From contig OX597826.1 in the NCBI GenBank assembly GCA_951406725.2, positions 54,684,001 through 54,748,000 on the forward strand: DNA of 64,000 nucleotides, given 5' to 3'. Positions 1 through 12,773 of this stretch are shown one piece after another. Within the stretch, counting starts at the first letter, position 1, and each line of letters begins with the position of its first letter. The notes beneath the pieces were generated by a model. The model worked only from the letters and a program-made list of their open reading frames with translations. It was not told where the DNA came from and ran no database searches. This stretch comes from Octopus vulgaris. Lineage: Eukaryota. The translations under genes and the position numbers were made by a program.

Positions 1-12
1 ACACAAACATAT

Positions 13-64
<52 letters not shown>

Positions 65-215
65 GACGGGCTTCTTTCAGTTTCCGTCTACCAAATCCAC
101 TCACAAGGCTTTGGTCGGCCCGAGGCTATAGCAGAAGACACTTGCCCAAGATGCCACGCAGTGGGACTGAACCCGGAACCATGTGGTTGGTTAGCAAGCT
201 ACTTACCACACAGCC
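1..215 (-). mobile_element. tRNA-derived SINE, type A (CORE-like, with internal microsatellite); cut by the window start
   Basis: The minus strand reads TGGCTGTGTGG (A box) ... GGTTCAGTCCC (B box) ... CTTGGGCAAGTGTCTT. Closely similar text recurs at ~25.1, 39.6, 53.2 and 59.2 kb. Confidence 0.85.
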
Positions 216-443
216 ACGATGTTTCTCTTAATTTCAGCCATGATGGAAGTCTGATCCGAAAATTGGTTTCGCTTTTGTTCCTGTGATACGTTAAAGAGTT
301 TTGCTGAGTTCCTTGTAAGACTTTAAAAAGTTGGCGCACTCGTTAGAGCGTTGGATGTAATTCACAGCATTAGCTGTTCCTAGTCTGCTCCCGGTTCAAA
401 TGCCTTCGACGTCGATAGAAAATTAGTAATTTAGGGCGAGTGA

Positions 444-787
444 AGACGTGTGGCTTAGTGGTTAGTGTATTCTGCTCACGATCGTGAAGTTGAGTTCGAT
501 TCCAAAATAAGGGATTTGCAGCACATTAGGAGGTCAAAATCTTGATTCCACGCAAAAAATCTTTTGCAAGGCACTTTATTTCACGTTGCTCCAGTCAAAA
601 TCAGTCCTACCAGTTATTTAAAGTGGCAGCCTTGTCATATTCTGTGTCACGTTGAATCTCCTGGAAAACTACGTTAAGGGTACGAGTGTCTGCGGAGTGC
701 TCAGCCACTTTAACTTTAATTTCACAAGTAGGCTGTTCCATTAATCGGATCAACAGAAACCCCTGTCGTCGTAGCCGACGGAGTGCC
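444..787 (+). mobile_element. tRNA-derived SINE, type C
   Basis: A box TGGCTTAGTGG, B box GAGTTCGATTCC, then GCAAGGCACTTTATTTCACGTTGCTCCAGTC. Homologous copies lie at ~21716 and ~61855. Confidence 0.75.
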
Positions 788-1662
788 CGGTCAATCGAGG
801 GCGGGGGATTAGTGAAGTAATTTGATCGTCGGCCGAAATGTTTCACTGTATTTCATCCAGTTCGCTACACTATGTGTTCAACCCCCGTAATGATCAACTT
901 TACTTCTCACATTTTCATCATTTCAACGTTCATAAAGAGATATCAATCCAGTTAGTGAATTGGAAGGATTCATTTGAGTGTGAATAGAATGACTCATGCC
1001 ATTTGTCCCACTCACCGCTCTTAGTTCAATTCCTGTCAAGGTCAACTTTATCTTTCACCCTTTAAGGATTGATAATGAATTTTAATTCAGGGCGGGAAAT
1101 TGGTGATATTTTTAGAATGTTAGTAAAATGTCTAGTAGTATTTGCTCTGACTCTCTGTTCTTAGAGTTCAAATTCCACCAAGCAAAAACTTGAGTTTTGT
1201 TCCTTTGCAAAAACAAAAAACAAAAAAAATACTAACGCGAGGGAGGGAGAGTCGTCAAGGGCCTTAGGGAGAATGCATAGCGGTGTTTGTTCCGTTCTCT
1301 GTGCCCTATCTTTAAGTTCTGTAAACACCAGCTTCAAGTCTCTGGTATTTAAGTGGCTGAAAGATTTTTTGTCCCCATATACTTCATCGTTATCTTCGGG
1401 TCTAAGCCATCAGGATTTTTATTCACAGTGAGTTTGAAATAATAGTACATTTCAAGAGCGGGTCAGTTCGTATTTACATATTTAATGCTCACAGCATTAA
1501 AATGTTACCAAGAAATGAATGTGGTATACACATTCGCACATGAACATATATGACTATAAAACTAGCTGTGAAAATGTATATTATATTTCTAATAAATAGC
1601 AGCATATTTTGTTCATGTGAATATAAATAATATATATATATATAAAACCAATAAAAAAGCAA

Positions 1663-2324
1663 CAAGAATGGATTAGTAGTTTAGTACAATTGTTTCATAC
1701 CGAGAATAATTTTATTTAAAACTGCAAGTATTGCAGCAAATACAAATGTCCAGTATTCATCAGCTAAATCACATATATGTTTTCCAGACATCCTAGAGAG
1801 TGTGTCTATCCTCATGAAGTATTAGGAGTGAGTTCTATGAAATTTAAAGTCAAATTATAAGCAGACCAAAATTGCTTTCTAATGATGCACAGTTTTATAA
1901 AAAGTTTTTGAAAAGAGTGTTAACATCCCAGAGAAGGTGAATCCATCCATAAAATTGCAGATATAATTTCCGGAGACATGAGGAAAGTTGTTGATCACAC
2001 AGCGGTTCAATTTGAGTTTAAATTTCATAGAACTCACTCCTAATACTTCATGAGGATAGACACACACTCTAGGATGTCTTGTAAACATATATGTAATTTA
2101 GCTGATGAATATTGGACATTTGTATTTGCTGCAATACTTGCAGCTTTAAATAAAATTGTTCTTGGTATGAAACAATTGTACTAAACTATTAATCCATTCT
2201 TGGTTATAATCACCCCACATTTTTTATGGTTAATACCATAAACAATTCTGGTGCATCTAAGTTAAGTACCATATTCATTTGAATTCATTGGAATTCACTT
2301 GAATCATAATTATTTTTGCTGACA

Positions 2325-2325
<1 letters not shown>
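1663..2325. mobile_element. Foldback element: ~194-bp inverted arms plus one-sided tail, within (TA)n; probable Penelope-like derivative
   Basis: Arms 1663-1856 and 2009-2202 are reverse complements with a few mismatches. Spacer ~152 bp, unpaired tail 2203-2325, TA runs on both sides. Duplicated at ~4975-5637. Confidence 0.75.
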
Positions 2326-2397
<72 letters not shown>

Positions 2398-2521
2398 TAT
2401 ATAATTATATATATAAGCATATATAGGTACAGGACATGCATGTATATATTATTTATATTATTATTTAATTGAACGCCACGCACCCATTTCCAAGTAAGTT
2501 TATATATATATATATATATAA

Positions 2522-2934
<413 letters not shown>

Positions 2935-3889
2935 CATGTGTGTGTAAACTAAGTAATATCGACGTCAAATTTGGGCAAATTCCGTTGAAATTGGTTATAT
3001 TATATAAATATATTATATATATAATATAATATAAATATATATGGGCAACAGACACGAACACACACGTACGTACGTACACCTATTGCATGTTTTGTGCATG
3101 CATACATGTTCATAAACAGAAATGAATGGGAAAATGTTGTTAAAGTTGTAGATTAACACTCGCAAGATTTTCACTAAGAAAAATAATCGTTTTTTTTTGC
3201 GTGGAAGCAATTACTCTGGATCTTAATATGCTACAAAACCATTTTTGTGGTCCGTGAAACGGAGTGGGCGTGGTGGAAGCCTCGGAAAGTTTATCCATTT
3301 ATATTGTGCAATTCACTGACAAATTGCTACTCACCACTTTGTTTCTTTGTTGTCAGATAAATGGATTGTCAACAAAACACTTTTTTACTCGGTGTAAAAT
3401 AAAAACAAAATTCTTTCGCACCCAAAGTAATGTGTGTGTGAGAGAGAGGGGGGAGAAAGATGAAAGATTTAAAATATATAAATTGTTTAAAATAAATATA
3501 TTGTAATTGTTGTATGAGAAACTATATATACTACGATTATAAAAGATAGTGTCTTTCAAAAACATCCTAAATTTGAACGCTATATCTCGTGTTTAAGAAA
3601 GGACAAAACATTTTACATTTTATATTTTGTGAAGGTCGTCACCTACTCCCTCTCTCCCGGTCTCACTTTTTCAAAATTCTTTGGGGAAAATTTCCAAAAA
3701 ATTTTTTTTAAATATTTAGGGAAAATTTCAAAAAATTTTTGAGGAAAATTTTAAAATGCTCACAGCGTTAAAATGTTACCTAGAAATGAATGTGGTAAGA
3801 ACAAAAATAATATTTGTGGATAACTATTATCATTTTCATTTTTCAGTACGTTCGAAAATTGTTGGCATGTTTCGGTGCTATTCTGACTG

Positions 3890-4010
3890 CTGGCGAGCTG
3901 GCAGAAACGTTAGCGGTATTAGGTCTGTCTTTACGTTCTGAGTTCAAATGCCGGCGAGGTCGACTCTGCCTTTCATCCTTTCGGCGTCGATAAATTAAGT
4001 ACTGGTCGTC
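3890..4010 (+). mobile_element. SINE type B, short copy
   Basis: GGCGAGCTGGCAGAAACGTTAGC ... TTCTGAGTTCAAAT ... GCCTTTCATCCTTTCGG, matching the copies at 12774 and 53507. Confidence 0.75.
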
Positions 4011-4795
4011 CACTCCCTTTCACATTTCTTGGGCCTCTCTTTCTTTAACTCCCACTTTTCCCCCTCGTTTACCTCCCCTGTACCTTTCCTTTTAACTCTG
4101 AATTTTTTTCTAATCCTTCAATCCCGCTGCCCCCTACTCCTCTCTCCTCCTTCCACATGACTTGTATCCGGCCCGCCATGATCTTTCTTTCTTGGCCTGG
4201 CTACCGACTGCCAACACCTCTTATGTCCATCTCCCACGCTCCTGCCTTTAGGCTTTCACTTCATAACACGGCAGCTCAATTTGATTCGATCTCAGTCGAA
4301 AGACACCTGATGTTATTTTTTTGTTGTTTGTATTTGTAATTGTGTACCATGTTCTCCTATTTTTGTCTTTGTTGTCGTACACATTCGCTAGCTTTCTTAC
4401 AAAAAATCTAATGCTCTTAGCATAGACTTTTTTTTTTGGGGGGGGGGGGCAGCTAGATCGAACTGTTTTAAGTGTAACTTGCCTTACCTAATTGTTGTTT
4501 CTCCTGTTCGCCTTTGCATCGTCTATCTGTCCGAATGTTTTATTGTCCTCTATTGCGTTTCTGTTCCATTTCATATATATATATTCACTCGCAGACACAC
4601 CAGTTTCATTCTGTCGGCTTATTTATTTCACATAGACATTGCCGTAGCAGCAATTAATATTTAATTACTCGTACAACATTCTCCGTGAATAAACGCCTCT
4701 ATTACGTGAATTAACAAACACCTTGTTTGGTTCAAATGTTTCTAATTCGCATACTCACTTACACACATGCATATGTATACATTCACACATGCACC

Positions 4796-4896
4796 TATAC
4801 AAATTCGCACATGAACATATATGACTATAAAACTAGCTGTGAAAATGTATATTATATTTCTAATAAATAACAGCATATTTTGTTCATGTGAATATA

Positions 4897-4956
<60 letters not shown>

Positions 4957-5636
4957 AAACAAAGAAAAAAGCAACAAGAATGGATTAGTAGTTTAGTACA
5001 ATTGTTTCATACCGAGAATAATTTTCTTTAAAACTGCAAGTATTGCAGCAAATACAAATGTCTAGTATTCATCAGCTAAATCACATATATGTTTTCCAGA
5101 CATCCTAGAGAGTGTGTCTATCCTCATGAAGTATTAGGAGTGAGTTCTATGAAATTTAAAGTCAAATTATAAGCAGACCAAAATTGCTTTCTAATGATGC
5201 ACAGTTTTATAAAAAGTTTTTAAAAAGAGTGTTAACATCCCAGAGAAGGTGAATCCATCCATAAAATTGCAGATATAATTTCCGGAGACATGAGGAATGT
5301 TGTTGATCACACAGCGGTTCAATTTGACTTTAAATTTCATAGAACTCACTCCTAATACTTCATGAGGATAGACACACTCTCTAGGATGTCTGGAAAACAT
5401 ATATGTAATTTAACTGATGAATACTGGACATTTGTATTTGCTGCAATACTTGCAGCTTTAAATAAAATTGTTCTTGGTATGAAACAATTGTACTAAACTA
5501 TTAATCCATTCTTGGTTATAATCACCCCACATTTTTTATGGTTGATACCATAAACATTTCTGCTGCATCTAAGTTAAGTACCATATTCATTTGAATTCAT
5601 TGGAATTCACTTGAATCATAATTGTTTTTGCTGACA

Positions 5637-5677
<41 letters not shown>

Positions 5678-5791
5678 TATATAATTATATATATAAGCAT
5701 ATATAGGTACAGGACATGCATGTATATATTATTTATATTATTATTTAATTGAACGCCACGCACCCATTTCCAAGTAAGTTTATATATATAT

Positions 5792-5824
<33 letters not shown>

Positions 5825-6133
5825 ATAAAAGCAATTAAGATTCAAGTCAATTCTAATGAATTTACTTGAATGCGGTACTTAACTTAGATGCACCAGAAAA
5901 CTATATGGTGTTAACCATACAGTAATGTGGGGTGATTATAAACGAGAAAGAAGCAACAAGAATGGATTAGTTTTTAGTACAATTGTTTCATACAAAGACA
6001 GGCTTTATTAAAAGTTGCAAATATTGAGTACGGGACACTTTTATCTGCTGCAATATTTGCAACTTTTAATAAAGCCTGTCTTTGTATGAAACAATTGTAC
6101 TAAAAACTAATCCATTCTTGTTGCTTCTTTCTC

Positions 6134-6222
<89 letters not shown>

Positions 6223-7044
6223 CATGTGTGTGTAAACTAAGTAATATCGACGTCAAATTTGGGCAAATTCCGTTGAAATTGGTTATATTATATAAATATA
6301 TTATATATATAATATAATATAAATATATATGGGCAACAGACACGAACACACACGTACGTACGTACACCTATTGCATGTTTTGTGCATGCATACATGTTCA
6401 TAAACAGAAATGAATGGGAAAATGTTGTTAAAGTTGTAGATTAACACTCGCAAGATTTTCACTAAGAAAAATAATCGTTTTTTTTTGCGTGGAAGCAATT
6501 ACTCTGGATCTTAATATGCTACAAAACCATTTTTGTGGTCCGTGAAACGGAGTGGGCGTGGTGGAAGCCTCGGAAAGTTTATCCATTTATATTGTGCAAT
6601 TCACTGACAAATTGCTACTCACCACTTTGTTTCTTTGTTGTCAGATAAATGGATTGTCAACAAAACACTTTTTTACTCGGCGTAAAATAAAAACAAAATT
6701 CTTTCGCACCCAAAGTAATGTGTGTGTGAGAGAGAGGGGGGAGAAAGATGAAAGATTTAAAATAAATAAATTGTTTAAAATAAATATATTGTAAATGTTG
6801 TATGAGAAACTATATATACTACGATTATAAAAGATAGTGTCTTTCAAAAACATCCTAAATTTGAACGCTATATCTCGTGTTTAAGAAAGGACAAAACATT
6901 TTACATTTTATATTTTGTGAAGGTCGTCACCTACTCCCTCTCTCCCTCTCTCACTTTTTCAAAATTCTTTGGGGAAAATTTTCAAAAATTTTTTTTTAAA
7001 TATTTAGGGAAAATTTCAAAAAATTTTTGAGGAAAATTTTAAAA
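4796..7044. repeat. 2.2-kb direct duplication (copy 2, probable donor)
   Basis: Matches 1525-3756 and continues without a break into the A/T-tract region beyond 7044, whereas copy 1 stops there. Confidence 0.9.
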
Positions 7045-7410
7045 AATTTTTCAAAAATTTTTAAGGAAAATTTTGGGAAAAAATGTTTAGGGAAAAAAAA
7101 TTTGGGGGGGAAATTTTTAGGGAAAAAAAATTTGGGGGGAAAATTTGTAGGGAAAAAAAATTTTGGGGGAAAATTTTTAGGGAAAAAAAATTTTTGAAAA
7201 ATTTTGGGAAAAAATTTTCCAAAAAAAAATCAAAAATTTTTGAGGAAATTTTTCGGAAAATTTTTCAAAAATTTTTGAGGAAAATTTTCAGAAAAATTTT
7301 CAAAAATTTTTTGGAAAAATTTTAGAAAGATTTTTCAAAGATTTAGGGGAGGATTTTCTCAAAGAATTTTTCTATAATTTTGTCGAAATACTTTTCAAAA
7401 ATTTGGGCAA
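6950..7410. repeat. Low-complexity A-tract/T-tract array, including about four ~30-bp units
   Basis: Repeated GAAAATTTT motifs; AAATTTTTAGGGAAAAAAAATTTGGGGGGG-like units at ~7075-7195. Confidence 0.8.
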
Positions 7411-7411
7411 A

Positions 7412-7837
7412 ATTATAAATCCGGAAAAGTACAGGACAAGTTATTACACCTGTAAGATAATAGGACAAGCTATTACTTCAAGTAAAGAATAAGAAACTTT
7501 TTACTAAAAATATTGCAGCTAAAATTAAAATTTGAATATTAAAAATCATTTTATTATAGTTTTCAAATAACACTATACATATTTAAGTACAATTTGGCTA
7601 CTTTACTACTTTAAATACAGAAAATAGTGACTAATTAGAAACACTTGCAAATTAGCTGAACAGTTTTGCGCAATAAAAGATGAGAACTCTAAAGAGTGAT
7701 AAATTAGAAGAAGTGGCATTCTTTGGTGCAATATTTTAAGTAAAAACTTTCTTATTCTTTATTTTACTTGAAGTACTAGTTTGCCCTATACGTTTACAGG
7801 TATCATAACTTGTCCCGTACGTTTCCAGGTTTATAAT
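7412..7837. repeat. Imperfect ~105-bp inverted repeat (MITE-like or foldback)
   Basis: ATTATAAATCCGGAAAAGTACAGGACAAGTTAT...AATATTGCA (7412-7517) pairs with TGCAATATT...ATAACTTGTCCCGTACGTTTCCAGGTTTATAAT (7727-7837). Confidence 0.75.
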
Positions 7838-7961
7838 CTTAAGAATATTACTTTTCATGCTTGCTTTTTTACCATGTATATATATATATATAAATACATG
7901 ACAGTACATGAAGTTTGTTTAAAAAAAGGGGGATCATGTATATACCTCCTGGCTGTTGAGA

Positions 7962-10870
7962 TTATAACACCTCGTTGTAAATAATGTTCCTTGTTTTTCC
8001 TTGTGGAGCATATATAAAAAGGTTTCTTTTGGTTCCTACTCTTGAGCAGCCAACATACAGTTGTCCATGCGAGAAGCAGGGCTCTTCCAAGAGAAGACCA
8101 GCTACAGAGAGGGTTTGACCCTGAGATTTGTTAATGGACATGGCAGAGCTGACATGAAGGGGTAATTGCAGTCTTATGAATGTAAATGGAATTTCTGCTC
8201 CTGATGGAGTAAGAGGAATTCTTGGAATAAAGACGTCATCACCTTTTCCACATCCAGAAAGAATGATCGCCTCGATAACGTGTGACATCATATTCCTTAT
8301 CGCCAGTCGTGTTCCATTGCAAAGTCTTCGTGGTCCAGATTGCGGAGTAGCATGACAGGAGTTCCAACTTTAAGTGCTAATATGTGTGGAGGTAGTCCAG
8401 GAGGCTCCAGTGAATTGAGAAATTCAGGAGGATAGTTCACAACTTCATTTATATCTGGAATTGTATCAACAGACTTGTAAGTGTGTATAGTGCCGGGAAG
8501 AGAATGCATTAGCTGTTGATTAATTTTGTTAACAGCGACGTTTTTTGGAGCTAATATTGCTCTTTCACACAGCCAATTGTGATTTTGGTAGTTTTGTGTG
8601 AAGTTGGGATATCTTCGTTTTTGAGGTCATCTACAGAATTAACAACAGAGGAAAATGACCACACTTCCATTTGTCCTGTAGCATCGCGAGGCATCGCCTG
8701 CACCAAGTGTCAAAATGTCCTGTGCAAACTTTGTGGACATTTTGTCGCCGTGTAGCTGAGCTCTCATCTTAGTGGTGAGACTGAAGATTCTAACATTATG
8801 CCACAGGGTAGAGGACTTTAGGCATGCTTGGACTTCATCTGCTCTAGTGCCTTTTGGAATGACAGGAAGAGTTTGCTTGAAATCACCTGACAACAGAAGC
8901 GTTACACCTCCCACTGGAGCCTGACAGTTTCGGATATCTTTCAGGGCTCTATCTAATGCTTCCAAAGCTCCCTTGTGAGCCATAGTGCACTCATCTCAGA
9001 CAATTAGATGACACATTTTAAGTACTTGTCCCTGATCTGAGCTTTTGTTGATGTTGCATGAAGGCATTTCGGATGCTGCTACATTGAGAGGGAGTTTTAA
9101 AGTTGAGTGTGCTGTCCTGCCAACGGGTAACAAAGTAGCTGCAATGCCAGAGGAGGCTACAGCCACTGCAATGTCCTGCTGCCTAACTTCTGCAAGGAGA
9201 AGCTTTGTAATAAATGTTTTTCCTGTCTCTCCAGGAGCATCGAGGAAGAAGATTCGTCCCTCGCGTTGGCGTACACTGTTAAGAATAGTTCTGTAGGCCT
9301 GTAGCTGGTCCGGAAGTAATTTAGGCTCATTTTCAACAATGTACTTTGAAAGCGCTTGAGTGTCGTAGGTTGTTTCACGAATGACAGCAGTGGGAAGGCT
9401 ATTTGACTCTGACCTGAATGTTTGTGGCAGGTCATACGTCGACAATTCATTTCCACCCAGTTTAGCAATTCTGTCTTCAATGTCAATGAGTGTTTTGTTA
9501 TAGATTTCATTGCTGATACCCTCCATCTCAGGATAGAGCAGTTGAGCTTGGCGCTGAAAGCCTTCAGCCAGGTTGTCTCTATATTTGAGCCATAGAGTGG
9601 CCGGATCACACAGTTCGCATGCCTGTAGTAATACTGCAAATAGTGCCCTGAGACTTTTAGGTGATTATGATAAAGCAGCCTCTCCTAAAGTTGCATCCCA
9701 TTGTGCACCATCTTCTAACAGACCTTGTCGATAGCAGGCTTCTCTGTATGTTGTGCAGACATGTCCATGAACGGTTTTTAGGGCCTGGAAAGACGTCGGC
9801 CCTCTGACCTCATGCAGTAGTAGACAAAGGTAGAAGCACTGTTGTTGAGTGGGATGCACTATGTATATTCTCCCAAGGCAAGTGCGAAACTTAATGCCAG
9901 GGTATCCATGAACATTTTGACCTGCTTTCGGTGGGGCCCATTTTTTTCCATTCCAAGTGTAGTACGATGAAATCTGTGGATACAGCAAGGTTTTATTTTG
10001 AGCGAATGGATCCACTTGACAAAGCTTGAAGAATGCAGAGAGTGTGCTATCCCTTGGTTCCTCTGCCAACAGAGAAGCATTAGCATCGGTGAAGTACACT
10101 CTTTGACCATTTTTCAGGTGCACTGCAAGCTGTTGAATGGCGGAGTGTCGTTGGTGAATTGGAAAGCCAAAGATGCGCCAGAAAGCCTCGTTGCTACTTA
10201 TGTACCGTCCCACCTGATAATGCGTCACCTCATCCTGGCAGTATTCTTGTTGAAGTCCAAACATTGCAGCGTCAGAACCCTTGTTTACATATTTGCAAAC
10301 GTACTTGATGGATTTAACGGAATTGCAAAACTCGACGTTGATGTGGGCATTGAAAGTCTTTGACAGGAATGGGCAGTATGGAACAACCCATCTATTATCA
10401 ATATCGTGCTGTCCGATAGTTGCTGTGAAACCTCCGTCTTCTGGTTTTCTGCGTCTGTATGATGGATACCCATCAGCACCTGTCTGAGTTTCTTGTAGGA
10501 ACCTCCTTGGAAATCTTTTTGAACATATGCTGTCCTTCAAGCATGGTGAGTTTATGTTGAATCCACACCCACATGGACCATGTACCATGTTTGCTTTAAC
10601 TATTTCGTATAGTTCTTTGTCTAAAGCTGGATCAGGAAGCTCTGCAGAGATTATGATGTCGATGTCATTGGAATTTATCTTCGCTGAGAGCCAAAGCTGA
10701 ACATGAGCATGTGGAAGGCCCCTTTTTTTCCACTCGATTGTGTACATGTCACATTGTATGGGCCCAAAGACTTGCCCTTTTTGTATGAGCGTCATGAGAG
10801 AGATTAACTTGAGATGGAAAACTCGGGCGTTGAGATTCCGGTTCGAATGTAAGGCAGGTTTGAAAGTGTT
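7962..10870 (-). pseudogene. Helitron Rep/PIF1-helicase (RepHel) ORF, decayed
   Basis: Rep motifs EWKKRGLPHAH (HUH), MVHGPCG and SIKYVCKYVNKG. PIF1 motifs FFLDAPGETGKT, ASSGIAATLL, GRTAHS, IV*DE, LSGDFKQTLPV, AMSINKSQGQTL, FSHGQLYVGCSRV, and the C-terminus NIIYNEVL. In-frame stops at 9665-9667 and 8996-8998; frameshifts near 8690 and 8320; N-terminal Rep motif 1 not seen. Confidence 0.95.
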
Positions 10871-10979
10871 CTCAACAGTTATTAGTTGTAGTGGTAGAGT
10901 GTTTATGCCGAATATGTACGTATGCATGTATATATATGTATGTATGCCTGTATATATGTACAAAATCCACTGAGAAGGC

Positions 10980-11490
10980 TTTTGTTGGTCTGAGGCTACA
11001 GCAGAAGACACATGCCAAGTCACCACACACTGGGACTGAACCCAGGACTATGTATTTGGAACGTAGTTTGTTACCACACAGCCACACCTGCCCCTATGTA
11101 TGTGTGTGTGTCTCTTGCAATTTTGATCAATTGGATCTTGTCCTCCCTCTTTTGTTGGTCTGAAGCTACAGCAGAAGACACATGCAAAGTCACCACACAC
11201 TGGGACTGAACCCAGGACTATGTGTTTGGAACGTAGTTTGTTACCACACAGCCACACCTGCCCCTATGTATGTGTGTCTGTCTCTTGCAATTTTGATCAA
11301 TTGGATCTTGTCCTCCCTCTTTTGTTGGTCTGAGGCTACAGCAGAAGACACATGCCAAGTCACCACACACTGGGACTGAACCCAGGACTATGTGTTTGGA
11401 ACGTAGTTTGTTACCACACAGCCACACCTGCCCCTATGTATGTGTGTGTGTCTCTTGCAATTTTGATCAATTGGATCTTGTCCTCCCTCT
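10980..11490. repeat. Tandem array of 3 x 170 bp; unit = SINE type A head plus 40 bp of flank
   Basis: The unit TTTTGTTGGTCTGAGGCTACAGCAGAAGACAC...TTGGATCTTGTCCTCCCTCT starts at ~10980, 11150 and 11320, with only a few substitutions between units. Confidence 0.92.
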
Positions 11491-12194
11491 TGTATAGAAG
11501 TGTACGGCTGCAGCAAAATTCATTTTTGGACTTTCTTCTATCGAATGCATTTTAACAAAAATGCTTCCGTAAAGACGGTGAAAATATTGTCAGTTTCCCC
11601 AAACGGACACAATTCAATTTTTAAACAATAACGAAAGACCCTTCTCTGAAAGGGGGAGGGTTACGGTTTACAATTATTCAACAAATGCAACACAACAAAG
11701 TTTACCTGACGAGGAACCAACAAACGTGATTACAATAGTCAAACAGTAATAATAACAACAAACCTTTTTAATTTATCCCCATTTATGTGAAACCACTTAT
11801 TCAAGTTCAAGTCATTGATGCAATTTTATACGAATTGCTAATACACACACACATAATAAGGGTGAAAAATTGAATATTAATTTGATTAATATGAATTGAA
11901 AACCAGTGGTGTAGCATATAAGACCATAGCGGATCTTCTTCTAGCAAAATGGATGACCATTGTTAATGGTTCATCCCTGTTATATAATACTTTCACTTTA
12001 ATAGTGAAAGTGTCTGCATTACAAAAGAGAGATGTTTTTGTTTCACTTTTAACACGTAATACTGTTAATTTTTGCCGATGACACTCCCCGGACCTTAAGT
12101 AAGGCATGTGTAAAATTTGAATGAAATTGGTTGTATAGTTCTCAAGTTTTAGGGAAACACACAGACATACAGACAGACAGACACACATTCTCAG

Positions 12195-12287
<93 letters not shown>

Positions 12288-12354
12288 AAATGAAATGATA
12301 TCAACAACAAGAGCAACTGCAACAACAATAATAATAATATTAATAAACAAACAA

Positions 12355-12722
12355 GGACAGATAAACGGATTCAGTCGATTAAATAGACCCCAATGCGCAA
12401 CTTGTACTTATTTAATCGACACCGAAAGGATGAAAAGCAAAGCCGATCTCGGCGAAATTTGAACTCAGAACGTAACGACAGATGAAACACCTATTTCTTT
12501 ACTACCCACAAGGGGCTAAACACAGAGGGGATAAACAAGGACAGACAAACGGATTAAGTCGATTACATCGACCTCAGTTTGTAACTGGTACTTATTTAAT
12601 CGACCGCCGAAGGATGAAAGGCAAAGTCGACCTCGGCGGAATTTGAACTCAGAACGTAGCGGCAGACGAAATACTGCTTAGCATTTCGTCCGGCATGCTA
12701 ACGTTTCTGCCAACTCACCGCC
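12355..12722 (-). mobile_element. SINE type B, dimeric
   Basis: Two cores (GAAAGGCAAAGTCGACCTCGGCGGAATTTGAACTCAGAACGTA-like) and the head GCTAACGTTTCTGCCA, read as reverse complements. Confidence 0.85.
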
Positions 12723-12773
12723 TTTGTAATAACTACAATGCCAACTGTTTTGTCTCAAGATATTCACGGGCAA

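Larger units (their letters stand above)
6237..12207 (-). mobile_element. Helitron body (5' end near 12207; 3' end tentative)
   Basis: The minus strand from ~12207 reads TATATATAACTGAGAATGTGTGTCTGTCTGTCTG...ACCAATTTCATTCAAATTTTACACATG, a Helitron-like 5' subterminus. ACTAAGTAATATCG at 6236 resembles the ACTAGCAGTATCG end of the small Helitron at 15606 but lacks a clean hairpin, so the left boundary is uncertain. Confidence 0.5.

Noticed and set aside
444-510. tRNA genes at SINE heads (also 21716, 55143, 61855)
   Set aside because: A/B boxes are present, but there is no complete cloverleaf and each continues into a shared SINE body.
3264-3565. Duplicated small ORFs (80 aa and 70 aa, repeated at 6552-6853) as a gene pair
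   Set aside because: Their conservation is explained by the recent 2.2-kb duplication, and they have no recognisable motifs.
7962-9526. Host PIF1 helicase gene
   Set aside because: It is intronless, fused in frame to HUH Rep motifs and disabled, so it is Helitron-derived.
9665-11026. Intact 453-aa protein-coding gene
   Set aside because: Its start lies in SINE/microsatellite sequence and it ends at a premature stop within a longer, broken RepHel frame.
10980-11490. CRISPR-like array
   Set aside because: Units are wholly repeated with no unique spacers, they are SINE-derived, the context is eukaryotic, and there are no cas genes.
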